The notes below the pieces were generated by a model. The model ran no database searches and was not told the origin of the DNA. It saw nothing but the letters and a program-made list of their open reading frames with translations. The position numbers were made by a program, and so were the translations under genes. From assembly GCA_965214405.1 (NCBI GenBank), contig OZ243956.1, positions 1,824,001 through 1,888,000 of the forward strand: a stretch of DNA of 64,000 bases, in the 5' to 3' direction. The first letter of the stretch is position 1; each line of letters opens with the position of its first letter. The DNA is from Trueperaceae bacterium. GTDB taxonomy: Bacteria > Deinococcota > Deinococci > Deinococcales > Trueperaceae. Below, in pieces: positions 32,456-41,701 of the stretch.

Positions 32456-33493
32456 GTGATTCGCATTCGTCCGCGCGTTGAGCGCGCGCTCCAAAAGGGT
32501 GAGGCGGTGGTGGCTTTGGAGTCCACCGTCGTCACGCACGGTTTGCCCCGCCCGGACAATTTGGCGCTTGCGGAGCGGCTCGAGAGAGTCGTCGAAGCCG
32601 CGGGCGCGGTTCCCGCCACGGTCGGTCTTATCCAAGGAAAACTTGTGGTGGGCCTCAACCGAGACGAACTCGAGCACCTCGCCACACATGACGTAGAGAA
32701 AGCGTCTCTCTGGAACCTCGCCGCGTTGGCGGCGGCGGGCGCGGACGCGGGCACGACCGTGGCGACCACGCTTCACGCGGCGGCGGGGGTTGGGATAAAG
32801 GTGTTTGCAACGGGCGGCATTGGCGGGGTTCATAAAGGCGAGCACGGCCAAACCTTTGACGAATCCGCCGACTTAGGGGCGCTCGCGCGCTATAGCGTCG
32901 TGACCGTCTGCGCCGGGCCGAAGTCGATCTTGGACGTGAGCGCGACGGTGGAGCGGCTCGAGAGCTTAGGCGTCCCCGTTCTCGGCTATCAAACGGACTT
33001 TTTGGCGGGCTTTCACGTGCCCGCGACGCGGTTGCCCGTGGCGGCGCGTTGCGAGAGCCCGGAGGAGGTCGCAAGACTTTTTTATGCGGGACGCGCGCTT
33101 GGTCTGCCTAGCGCGGCACTCGTTTGTAAACCCGTGTCGGAGGGTCTGGACGCCGACGAACTGAGCGGATGGCTCGCTCAAGCCCAACATGAGGCTGCCG
33201 CGGAGAGGCTAAGCGGCAAGGACCTGACGCCCTACCTCCTAGCCAGGCTCGCCGAACTCTCTTACGGGCGCAGCGTCGAGGTCAACCGCAGGTTGTTAGA
33301 AGAAAACGCCCGCTTAGGGGCCGAGATAGCTCGAGCGCTCGCCCAGGAACCCACAGAAGTCACCACAGAAATCACCACAGAAATCACCCTAAAAACCACA
33401 GCGGAGCCCGCGCCAACGCGCCAAGCCTCCACATCACCCGACCTCACCGCCAAGTCCGCAAGAGAGTATCAGAAGATAGGTGACGTACCATGA
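32456..33493 (+). CDS. psuG: Pseudouridine-5'-phosphate glycosidase
   Basis: VVALESTVVTHGLP.P.N, TTVATT, FATGGIGGVH, D.SADL, KSILD, GKDLTPYLL, N..LL.EN. Confidence 0.93.
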   Translation: MIRIRPRVERALQKGEAVVALESTVVTHGLPRPDNLALAERLERVVEAAGAVPATVGLIQGKLVVGLNRDELEHLATHDVEKASLWNLAALAAAGADAGTTVATTLHAAAGVGIKVFATGGIGGVHKGEHGQTFDESADLGALARYSVVTVCAGPKSILDVSATVERLESLGVPVLGYQTDFLAGFHVPATRLPVAARCESPEEVARLFYAGRALGLPSAALVCKPVSEGLDADELSGWLAQAQHEAAAERLSGKDLTPYLLARLAELSYGRSVEVNRRLLEENARLGAEIARALAQEPTEVTTEITTEITLKTTAEPAPTRQASTSPDLTAKSAREYQKIGDVP

Positions 33494-34752
33494 GCGATGC
33501 CCCCCTGACCAATCCCCTAGAACCCGCCGCCTCGCCTCCCAGACCCCAGAGCCTCGGCGACGTGCTGCGAGAGGCGCGCGAGGGCAAGGACCTGAGCCTA
33601 AACGATGTCGCCGACATCACACATATCCGTAAAGAGTACCTGCGGGCGCTCGACGAGGGGCGCTATGACGACCTGCCCGAGGAGGTCTATACCCGCAACT
33701 TCATCAAGCTCTATGCGGGGGCGGTTGGGCTGGACGATGCGCGGCTGCTCGAGCGCTACAGCCGCGAGCGCGAGCACCGCGCGCAACCGGAGCCGGAACC
33801 GCTCACCGTCCCCGCGTCACGACCCACCACGTCTTCCGCTGCGCCCCCGCGCAAGAAAGTGAGGGCGGCGCGTGGGAACCAGGGCGGGGGTATCGTCACC
33901 ACGCTGCTTAGCCTCATTTTCGTCGGGATGCTTGTCGGGGTGGCGGTTTGGGGCTTTAACGAGCTTTTCTTGGCCCAGCGTTCGCCGTCCACTCAGGTCG
34001 CCGGGGACACAGGTGCTCTTCCTGGCGCACAAACTGGGGCGGAAGCCGGGATAGCTGAAGCTGGGACAGATGAAACGGGCTCGAGTGCCCCCACCACCGG
34101 CTTTGAAGCCGCCGCGAGCCAATCAGCCGTCCAGAACGCGTCCACCACGGGCGCAGGCGCGGGCACGGGGGTAAGCACAGGGGACACGGTTTTCTTGACC
34201 CTCACGTCGGTACCCCCCAACGCGGAGGTGAGCATCGACAACTACGACTTTCCCGGCACCACGCCGCTCGAGCGCGTCCCCATGACGCCGGGCGAAGACC
34301 GCGTGCTGCGGGTGAGCCGCGAAGGCTATGAGACCTTTGAAGCGCCCATCGACCTGAGCGAAGACCGCGACCTCTCGGTGGTGCTGACGCCTCTTGACAG
34401 CACAACAGGAGGAACGGGCACGCTCATTACCGGCGCGGGCGCGGAGACGGACACCGTGGTGGACGGTGAGGTGGTGGACACAGCGGGGACGAGCGCTCTC
34501 ACGGGCGGCGCGGGCACGCTCAGCGTCACCGTCGCGGCGACCTCGTGGTTGGAGGCCTACACGGGCGCGGCGAGGGGCGAGGGCGAAACGCTCCTCTACC
34601 GCAATGTTGAGCCCGGTGAAACGCTCACCTTTGACGAGCCCGTCTACCTTTTCGCGGGCAACGCGGGCGGCGTGCTCGTCGCCCAGTCGGGCGGCGCGCC
34701 CGCGCCTTTAGGGAATAGTGGTCAGGTGCTGGGCCGCGCTTTTGGCAACTGA
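33490..34752 (+). CDS. RodZ-like HTH membrane protein with a PEGA-like domain
   Basis: LGDVLREARE...L.AL.EG....LP..VY.R.F.K.YA..GLD, a TM helix, LTSVPPNAEVSID...GTTPL (PEGA-like), C-terminal SWLE...GNAGG. Confidence 0.82.
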   Translation: MSDAPLTNPLEPAASPPRPQSLGDVLREAREGKDLSLNDVADITHIRKEYLRALDEGRYDDLPEEVYTRNFIKLYAGAVGLDDARLLERYSREREHRAQPEPEPLTVPASRPTTSSAAPPRKKVRAARGNQGGGIVTTLLSLIFVGMLVGVAVWGFNELFLAQRSPSTQVAGDTGALPGAQTGAEAGIAEAGTDETGSSAPTTGFEAAASQSAVQNASTTGAGAGTGVSTGDTVFLTLTSVPPNAEVSIDNYDFPGTTPLERVPMTPGEDRVLRVSREGYETFEAPIDLSEDRDLSVVLTPLDSTTGGTGTLITGAGAETDTVVDGEVVDTAGTSALTGGAGTLSVTVAATSWLEAYTGAARGEGETLLYRNVEPGETLTFDEPVYLFAGNAGGVLVAQSGGAPAPLGNSGQVLGRAFGN

Positions 34753-34778
34753 GATGTTTTATAAAGTGGTCCGGTAGT

Positions 34779-35933
34779 ATGGTCTGGTTTCTCGCCTCCC
34801 GCTCGCTCCGTGGGCGTCCGCTCCGCACCTTTTTGACCGCGCTGGGTATCGCCGTGGCGGTGGGCTCGATGGTCATGTTTCTCTCACTGGGCGAGGGCTT
34901 ACGAAAAGTGTTCGCTGAAGGCCTCGGCAACGTCGGCCCCGATTTGCAGGTGAGCTACGGTCCCTTCGACGCGGCCTCGCTCACCGCGGTGCCCGAGCTG
35001 CCGCTCTCGTATTTGGATGACTTGCAAAGAGACGCGGAGGCGTACGGGATAGAAAAAGTCACGCCCCTGCTCCTCTACGTCCGCGGGGGCTTAAGTCTCA
35101 GCAACTCATTTATTTTTGAGGGGCTGCCGCCGGAAGAAGATATCAGCAGCATCTACTATGGCTACACGCTACAGGGGGGCCGCACCCTCCAGCCGAGCGA
35201 CGAAGAGGCGCGCGTCGCGGTTGTCGGGTCGCAGACCGCAGAGCGGAGCGGCTTGGGCTTGGGCGACACGTTGCGCCTCAACCCGGAAGCGAGTTTTGAG
35301 ATCGTCGGCATCGCCAAGTCCGAGGGCGGTCTGGCCGACAACACCATTTTTGTGCCCCTCAAACCCCTCCAGGAGGCCATCGGCATCCGCGACCGCGTCA
35401 CCTTTTTTGCGCTCGAGTTGGCGGACAGCTCGAGCGCCGCCGCGACCGCCACCGAGCTCGCCACGGCCTTTCCCAAACTCGGCTTCCAGACCCGCGGCGA
35501 CGTGCTGGGCGTGATCGAGCAGGGCGTCCGCGTGACCGACGTGGTGAGGCTGGGCATTTCCGCGATTTCGCTCATCGTCGGGGCCATCGCGGTAGCGAAC
35601 ACGATGCTGATGAGCGTGTTCGAGCGCACCAAGGAGTTCGGGGTGGTGCGGGCGCTGGGGGCGAAGCCGCGCTTTCTCTTCGGGTTGGTGCTGGTCGAGT
35701 CGGTGCTGTTAAGCCTCGTCGGCGCGGTTTTCGGGGTAGCCTTCGGAAGGCTCGGCATCGTGATTATCAACCGCGTGACCGAAGGGCTTATCGGGCTCGA
35801 CGTGGCCGCGCTGACGGTGCGGCTGGTGCTGTTCGCGGTGGCGGTGGCGGTGGCGATGGGGCTCGGCTCGGGGCTGTTGCCCGCGGCCAGGGCCGCGCGT
35901 ATTCCTGTGGCGGTGGCGATGTCGCGGGAATGA
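34779..35933 (+). CDS. ABC transporter permease (FtsX/MacB-like)
   Basis: R.FLTALGIAVAV, NTMLMSVFERTKEFGVVRALGA, PAARAAR. Confidence 0.92.
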   Translation: MVWFLASRSLRGRPLRTFLTALGIAVAVGSMVMFLSLGEGLRKVFAEGLGNVGPDLQVSYGPFDAASLTAVPELPLSYLDDLQRDAEAYGIEKVTPLLLYVRGGLSLSNSFIFEGLPPEEDISSIYYGYTLQGGRTLQPSDEEARVAVVGSQTAERSGLGLGDTLRLNPEASFEIVGIAKSEGGLADNTIFVPLKPLQEAIGIRDRVTFFALELADSSSAAATATELATAFPKLGFQTRGDVLGVIEQGVRVTDVVRLGISAISLIVGAIAVANTMLMSVFERTKEFGVVRALGAKPRFLFGLVLVESVLLSLVGAVFGVAFGRLGIVIINRVTEGLIGLDVAALTVRLVLFAVAVAVAMGLGSGLLPAARAARIPVAVAMSRE

Positions 35934-36077
35934 GAGGAGCAAAGAATCACCATCCTCATCGTCAACCGCTGTACATCAGAAGATGGCTCTCATTTTAATT
36001 TTGCTATAGCAAGCATTTTATTTGATGTGCGACTGCAAGTTTTCGAGTAGCAATGAGTAAGAAGGTTGAGGAGTGAT

Positions 36078-36881
36078 ATGGAAAACTCGTTTCCGCTCCA
36101 ACCCGCTGAAAATACGTTGGCTGCTTCATGGCTGATAAGCGGTTGGAAAGGTTTCTTTGAGACTGTAGAGTCCCTTATTCCTGCGGGTTACGAAGCGTAC
36201 GCGCGTATCTACCACCCGGTTTGGCTCGAGGTAGGCGGTCTAAGGACACGTTTAACATGGCAAGATATTGCCAAAGAGAATAACCGGACGGTTCATAGAG
36301 AGATGCAGTGGTACGGCGTTGGCGGTGGGCATCCTCTGCTAGATAGTGATGGTTATCGCTTATCCGATATTACTGAGGCCGAGCTATCTGATAAAAGCCT
36401 CGAAATTCCTGCTATGGGTACGGTACCCCTTGAAGTTGTTCAACCGCTGTGGCGTATCCTCACCAACTACACGACAACCGCGGGGAAGTGCTGGTTTGCT
36501 GTGTGGGAAGGTTTCGATTATCCAGGTCCCAACTCTCGGCCAGTGGCACCAAGATTCGGAATTCCAGAGCGTAACTACTACCTCTTTAATGCTCCCCTAA
36601 AGGCTATAGAACAGTCATTCAACATAGCACCCATTCATCAAGGCTCTTGGCGTTTTCATCAAACCGCTAACGTCTGGTGGCCTGACGACCGAGCTTGGTG
36701 TGTCGCTACGGAAATAGATTTTATGACTACTTATATAGGTGGTACAAAAGAGGCTATGGCTGCAATCGTTGCAAGTCCAGCTTTTGAGGCTGATCTTGTG
36801 GAACTGTCGGACAGTGTGAACCTCGATATGCTCAATCTCCTCCCAAATAAACAGCTCAACAGGCCTTTGGAAGCCCGTTAA
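36078..36881 (+). CDS. Hypothetical protein, lower GC
   Basis: PAGYEAYARI.HP, CWFAVWEG and WWPDDRAWCVATEID look like conserved family motifs; function unknown. Confidence 0.7.
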   Translation: MENSFPLQPAENTLAASWLISGWKGFFETVESLIPAGYEAYARIYHPVWLEVGGLRTRLTWQDIAKENNRTVHREMQWYGVGGGHPLLDSDGYRLSDITEAELSDKSLEIPAMGTVPLEVVQPLWRILTNYTTTAGKCWFAVWEGFDYPGPNSRPVAPRFGIPERNYYLFNAPLKAIEQSFNIAPIHQGSWRFHQTANVWWPDDRAWCVATEIDFMTTYIGGTKEAMAAIVASPAFEADLVELSDSVNLDMLNLLPNKQLNRPLEAR

Positions 36882-37045
36882 GCTCTTCTAACGGTATGAT
36901 TCTCAGTTACAGGTGCTTGCAGAGAATGTTGTCGAGACGGCTGGATTTACTATTACCTTTGGCAGTGACGGCGACTTTATGTTGTGATGGTGCGGCTTCT
37001 CCCCCAACAGCCGAGTTCTCCGCCTTTTGGACAAAAGTAGCCTAA

Positions 37046-37624
37046 TCAGTCGAGGGCTGCTAAAGCCAGTTCTACAATACCCTCGAGCGTACCTCCGTCA
37101 GAATTCTTCCGCGCCCTGACCTGCAGGCCAATCACGACGTTGTAAAGAAAGGCGGCGAGCGCTCGAGAGTTTTTACTCTCGGCAATCTCGCCGCGCGCCT
37201 GCCCACGCCGAATCGCCTCAGCGAACACCGCCTCGTTCTCTCTCTCGGCGTTATCGACTATTTCACGAACCGCCGGGTCGGCGGCGGCGAGTTCGGTCAT
37301 CGCGTTGACCATCATGCAACCCTTACACTCAGCATCGTCTACGGCCTCGCGGATGATGCAGGCAAATAAGTGGTCGAATCCTTTTCTGACCGGACCCTCG
37401 CTCAAGCAGGCGAGCAAACCCTCGGCCCGCAAGGTTCGGTAATGCCCAAGCGCCTCGAGGTATAAGCTGTGTTTGTCGCCAAAGCTGTTGTAGAGGCTCT
37501 GGCGCTTGATATTCATCGCCGTCGTGAGATCGTCTAACGTCGTGGCCTCGTAACCTTGACGCCAAAACACGATCATCGCTTCGATCAAAACTTTGCTACG
37601 GTCAAACTCGCGCGGGCGGGCCAT
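37046..37624 (-). CDS. TetR/AcrR family transcriptional regulator
   Basis: MARPREFD...FW..GYEATT..DL......SLYN.FG.K, GC.MVN. Confidence 0.93.
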   Translation of the reverse strand: MARPREFDRSKVLIEAMIVFWRQGYEATTLDDLTTAMNIKRQSLYNSFGDKHSLYLEALGHYRTLRAEGLLACLSEGPVRKGFDHLFACIIREAVDDAECKGCMMVNAMTELAAADPAVREIVDNAERENEAVFAEAIRRGQARGEIAESKNSRALAAFLYNVVIGLQVRARKNSDGGTLEGIVELALAALD

Positions 37625-37690
37625 GCTGCCTCCTAGAGGAGAGTTTATACGTTTTTTACTTTTTGGTCAACAACTTGCCATAGTGCCTTT

Positions 37691-37952
37691 ATGAACCACA
37701 CAGGACTCATCCCCAAACGTTTTGAGATTGTCGTGTTCTCTTTTTTTCTCTCGCTGTTTATGACCTTTATCGTCTCGGGAATCTCGACCTTAAGAACGCT
37801 CGGGTTTAGCGAAATTTTTGCGACGGCTTGGGTGTCCAACTTTATCTCTTCATGGCCGGTGGCCTTTCCGGCTGTAACTCGTCGTCGCGCCCGTTGTGCG
37901 TAAGCTTGTCGCTCGGCTCATCAAGCCGGATGACGGTAGGCGGCTCCGGTGA
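37691..37952 (+). pseudogene. DUF2798 family membrane protein with a one-base frameshift
   Basis: IPKRFE..VF.F.LS..MT.IVSGI...W...F..SWPVAFPAV, then one extra A near 37877. The shifted frame gives LVVAPVVRKLVARL, the expected C-terminus. Confidence 0.7.
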
Positions 37953-38077
37953 GGCAGACGTTTTGGTAGGACCCCAAAGCCATCCTTTAGTCTACCGATA
38001 ATCTACCGAACGCGAGCCGAGAAATGGTCCGTCACAACGGTTGCAGTGTGGGCCGCCCCCACAGGATATGCTGACCC

Positions 38078-38812
38078 GTGCTCCACGCGCGACACCTCTC
38101 CAAAATCTACCGCGACCCCTCGGGCGAGGTGGCCGCCCTCACCGACTTTAGCCACGCCTTTGCGGTGGGTAAGCTTACCGCCATCATGGGACCCTCCGGC
38201 TCGGGCAAGTCCACGCTCCTTAATGTGCTCGCGGGGTTGGACGCGCCTTCACACGGCACCCTCCACTTTCACGACGTTCTGATGAACACGCTTTCCGAAA
38301 GCGCGCGCGCCGAACTCAGGCTGCGCAAGTTCGGTTTTGTGTTTCAGTCGTTCAATTTGGTCTCGGTGCTGAACGCTCAGCAAAACGTCGCCTTCCCGAT
38401 GGGGCTGGCCGGGGTTGCCTTTGGAGAGCGGCGCGCGCGGAGTTTGGAACTTTTAGAGCGCTTCGGCTTAGGCAAGCGCGCGGGCCACCTCCCCTATAAG
38501 CTTTCCGGCGGCGAACGCCAGCGCGTCGCGGTGGCGAGGGCACTGGCGAACGACCCCGAGGTGGTGTTCGCTGACGAGCCGACGGGTAATTTGGACTCCA
38601 AAAGCGGCGAGGGTGTCTTGTCCGTTTTGCAAGAGGTGGCGAGGGAGGGACGTTGCGTCATCGTGGTGACGCACGACCCCAAGATTGCCGAGCGGGCGGA
38701 CGAGGTGCTCGAGCTAGAAGACGGACTGTTGCAGGCTCACCGGCACCATGTCAAAGGTAGGGGGAGAGACGTGCGGCTCGAGGCCAAAAAACTCACAAAG
38801 GAACCCGCGTGA
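38078..38812 (+). CDS. ABC transporter ATP-binding protein (LolD-like)
   Basis: GPSGSGKSTL, GFVFQSFNL, LSGGERQRVAVARAL, ADEPTGNLD. Confidence 0.94.
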   Translation: MLHARHLSKIYRDPSGEVAALTDFSHAFAVGKLTAIMGPSGSGKSTLLNVLAGLDAPSHGTLHFHDVLMNTLSESARAELRLRKFGFVFQSFNLVSVLNAQQNVAFPMGLAGVAFGERRARSLELLERFGLGKRAGHLPYKLSGGERQRVAVARALANDPEVVFADEPTGNLDSKSGEGVLSVLQEVAREGRCVIVVTHDPKIAERADEVLELEDGLLQAHRHHVKGRGRDVRLEAKKLTKEPA

Positions 38813-39162
38813 CCCGACTTAGGGCCGCGCAATTGGGGGCGCTGCTCGCCTTTTTGGGTGTGGCGTTGGGCGCATTCGGGACGCACAGCCTCACAGGGGT
38901 GCTCACGCCTGAGCGGCTTGGCACTTACCAGACGGGTATTCGCTACCAGATGTATCACGCACTGGGTTTGCTCGCAGTGGGTGCATTGCCGTTACGCACC
39001 TACCGCCCCGCACTCCTCCTCTTTACAGGTAGCGTCATCTTTTCGGGTTCCCTCTACGTTCTTGCATTAAGCGGCGTGTCCTGGTTCGGCGCGGTAGCGC
39101 CCGTGGGGGGCCTTTTACAACTCGCGGGTTGGGCCTGGCTCTTTTTTGCCTTGCGAAAATAG
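38809..39162 (+). CDS. DUF423 (YgdD/TMEM256) membrane protein
   Basis: VALGAFG.H.L, T..RYQMYHALGLL, FSGSLY.L, G..AP.GG. Confidence 0.92.
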   Translation: MTRLRAAQLGALLAFLGVALGAFGTHSLTGVLTPERLGTYQTGIRYQMYHALGLLAVGALPLRTYRPALLLFTGSVIFSGSLYVLALSGVSWFGAVAPVGGLLQLAGWAWLFFALRK

Positions 39163-39226
39163 AATAGACGCGCCAGCAAAAAGACGGGCCGGAGCCCGCC
39201 TCAGCCTCCTCTACGAGAACAGCACT

Positions 39227-39682
39227 CTAGCCGTTGTTGCCCTCTTCACCGCTCCCCTGCCCGCTACTTTTGGACGTGTTTACGTTTATTTTGCGCGGCT
39301 TGGTGCTTTCAGAACGGGGAATGAGGAGATTCAGCACACCGTTGTCGTAACTCGCCTCCACCTTGCTCAGGTCGTAGGTGTTGGGAATGTTAAAGGAGCG
39401 GCTAAATTCGCCTTTGGGACGGCCCTGATAATGAACCGTCTGCGACTCGCTCTTTTTGTAGTGCCGCGTCGCCTTGACGGTGAGGCTGCTCTGCTCGGTC
39501 GTCACATCTAGGCTGCCCTCGTCTACGTCGGGCAGATCAAGGTAGATAAACAGCCCCTCGGTGTCCTCTACAATGTCGGTTGCGGGTGCCCAGGTGCTCA
39601 CCGCTCGCTCCCCTCTCACCGCGCGGTCAACGCGGCGCTGCACGTCTTCTAGTTCTTCCCACGGATTCCAGCTTTGTAACAT
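39227..39682 (-). CDS. Hsp20 small heat-shock protein
   Basis: WAPATDIVE, DLP.V, G.F.RSF.IP, A.Y.NGVL.L.IP, PRKI.V. Confidence 0.92.
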   Translation of the reverse strand: MLQSWNPWEELEDVQRRVDRAVRGERAVSTWAPATDIVEDTEGLFIYLDLPDVDEGSLDVTTEQSSLTVKATRHYKKSESQTVHYQGRPKGEFSRSFNIPNTYDLSKVEASYDNGVLNLLIPRSESTKPRKINVNTSKSSGQGSGEEGNNG

Positions 39683-39791
39683 TGCACTACCTCCCTGGAT
39701 GATAGTAGGGCCTGGGCTCGAGCCCGCAAAGTGAAGCGACCTACAAATTTCTCACAAATCTCTGTGGGTGACCGCTCAGGGCGCTATTCCG

Positions 39792-41141
39792 CTACTCCTC
39801 TAAGGATGGGATGCGGTGAGTCCGAATGACCTCCTGAAACCACTCGAACGAACGTTTGGGTGTGCGGCGTTGCGTCGCGTAGTCTACATAAATGAGCCCA
39901 AAACGCTTCGTGTACCCCTCCGCCCACTCAAAATTGTCGAGGAGCGACCAGGCGAAGTAGCCCCTGACGTTCGCGCCCTCTGAAAGTGCGCGGTGGAGCG
40001 CTTCTAAATACTGCGTAAAAAAAGCGACGCGGTCGTCGTCCTCTACGCGGCCGCCGGGCGTCGGCACGTCGGGAAAGGCCGCGCCGTTTTCGGTAACAAA
40101 GACGGTGGGGTTATCGTAGTGTTGCGCGAGGTCCATAAGCTGTTCGTAAAGCGCGTCCGGGTAGACTTCCCAGCCCATGTCGGTGAGCGTGGCGTCCGGG
40201 GACGGCGGCGCTTGCGTCACGCCCAGAACGGTATCCTTGTCGGCCCGGACGCGCGTGCGCGTGTAGAGGTTTAGGCCCAGGAAATCTACGGGCTGCTCTA
40301 TGAGGTCTAGGTCGCCGCCTTGGATGTGGGGCTCGAGCACTCCCTGCACACCCTCCGGGTAACGCCCGCGAAAAAGGGGGTCCAAAAAGGCGCGGTTGCT
40401 CCACGCGTCGAAAAACTCCGCCGCCCGCGCGTCCTCTTCGGAATCCGTCGCAGGATGAACGGGCTGCAAGTTGAATACGGTGCCGAGCTTCCAGCGTTCA
40501 CTGGTCTCCCGCAGCATCTTTAGCGCCGACCCCTGCGCTAGGTTTTGATGGTGGATGGCCGCGGCGTAGGCGTCTTTACTCTTTATTCCCGGCGCGTGCA
40601 GGCCCAGCAGGTGACCCAAAAGCGCCGTAATGTGCGGCTCGTTGAACATGACGAAGTGCTCCACCCGGTCGCCGTAGCGTTCGGCCACATGGGCCGCGTA
40701 GTCGGCAAACCAGTGAGCGATATCGCGGTTTTGCCAGCCGCCTTTGTCCTGGAGCGCCTGCGGCAAGTCCCAATGGTACAAGCAGAGCCAGGGCGCGATG
40801 CTCGCCCCCAAAAGCGTGTCGATAAGCCGGTCGTAGAAGTCGCCGCCTTTGGGGTTGGGCCGCCCGCGCCCCTCGGGGAGGAGGCGGCTCCAGGAGGTCG
40901 AAAAGCGGTAAGCGTCCAGACCCAAGTCGCTCATCAGCGCGACGTCCTCGGCGTAACGGTGGTAGTGGTCGCAGGCTGTGTCGCCGGTGTCGCCGTTTTT
41001 GATCCGACCCGGCGTGTGGCTAAAGGTGTCCCAGATGCTCCGCCCCCGACCGTCTTCGTTTACCGCGCCCTCGATCTGATAACTCGCGGTCGAAGCGCCC
41101 CACATGAAACTTTCTGGAAACTCAACTGAAGAATTAGGCAT
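39792..41141 (-). CDS. GH1 beta-glucosidase
   Basis: FPESFMWGASTASYQIEG, YRFS.SW.R, FNEP (acid/base), VTENG (nucleophile), WSLLDNFEW; start at the ATG at 41141. Confidence 0.96.
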   Translation of the reverse strand: MPNSSVEFPESFMWGASTASYQIEGAVNEDGRGRSIWDTFSHTPGRIKNGDTGDTACDHYHRYAEDVALMSDLGLDAYRFSTSWSRLLPEGRGRPNPKGGDFYDRLIDTLLGASIAPWLCLYHWDLPQALQDKGGWQNRDIAHWFADYAAHVAERYGDRVEHFVMFNEPHITALLGHLLGLHAPGIKSKDAYAAAIHHQNLAQGSALKMLRETSERWKLGTVFNLQPVHPATDSEEDARAAEFFDAWSNRAFLDPLFRGRYPEGVQGVLEPHIQGGDLDLIEQPVDFLGLNLYTRTRVRADKDTVLGVTQAPPSPDATLTDMGWEVYPDALYEQLMDLAQHYDNPTVFVTENGAAFPDVPTPGGRVEDDDRVAFFTQYLEALHRALSEGANVRGYFAWSLLDNFEWAEGYTKRFGLIYVDYATQRRTPKRSFEWFQEVIRTHRIPSLEE

Positions 41142-41701
41142 AGCGTCAGTGTAAGAGCCTCGAGGGCGAACTATTGCAAGGGTGCTTGCAAAGCCGGTCG
41201 AGCCTCCAATCTCGAGCCTCCACACGTATCATTCATCCGCGCAATCCGTACGCCGTCCCCACCCCGTGACGTTCAACTCACAGAACGACGGGCACGCCTT
41301 GTGTAAAGCTTTTAAGGAAATCCGTCGTGAACGCAAAAGCCACTTCATCTACCGGGGAAGCAACGGCAAAAGGAAAAACCCCAGATGAGCTTAAATCGTG
41401 AGCAGATAAAGCAACCTTTTTTGATGAAGTCTTGGCGTAAGCCAGAGTGCATTAACGGGGGGTGAGGAGTCGATATATTGGACTCTTCGGGCGCGCTTGC
41501 GCCTTTAGGGTGTCCACATGCTTGCGCCGACCAGTCACGGTGGCACATTTTTAGTGTGCATCACGCGCCTTCCCGCCCGCTACGCAGTCTTTTTTCATCG
41601 CCAAGGGGGCGTGCTATAGTGGCTGAGCACGTTTATGTGCCATGCTGATATGCACCCTGTTGACGCCTTGCGTGAGCTCTATACGCCCTGTGGAGGACCT
41701 T

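Noticed and set aside
33352..33390. 12-nt tandem repeat (ACCACAGAAATC) in the psuG tail
   Set aside because: Only about three in-frame copies in a low-complexity tail; most likely slippage.
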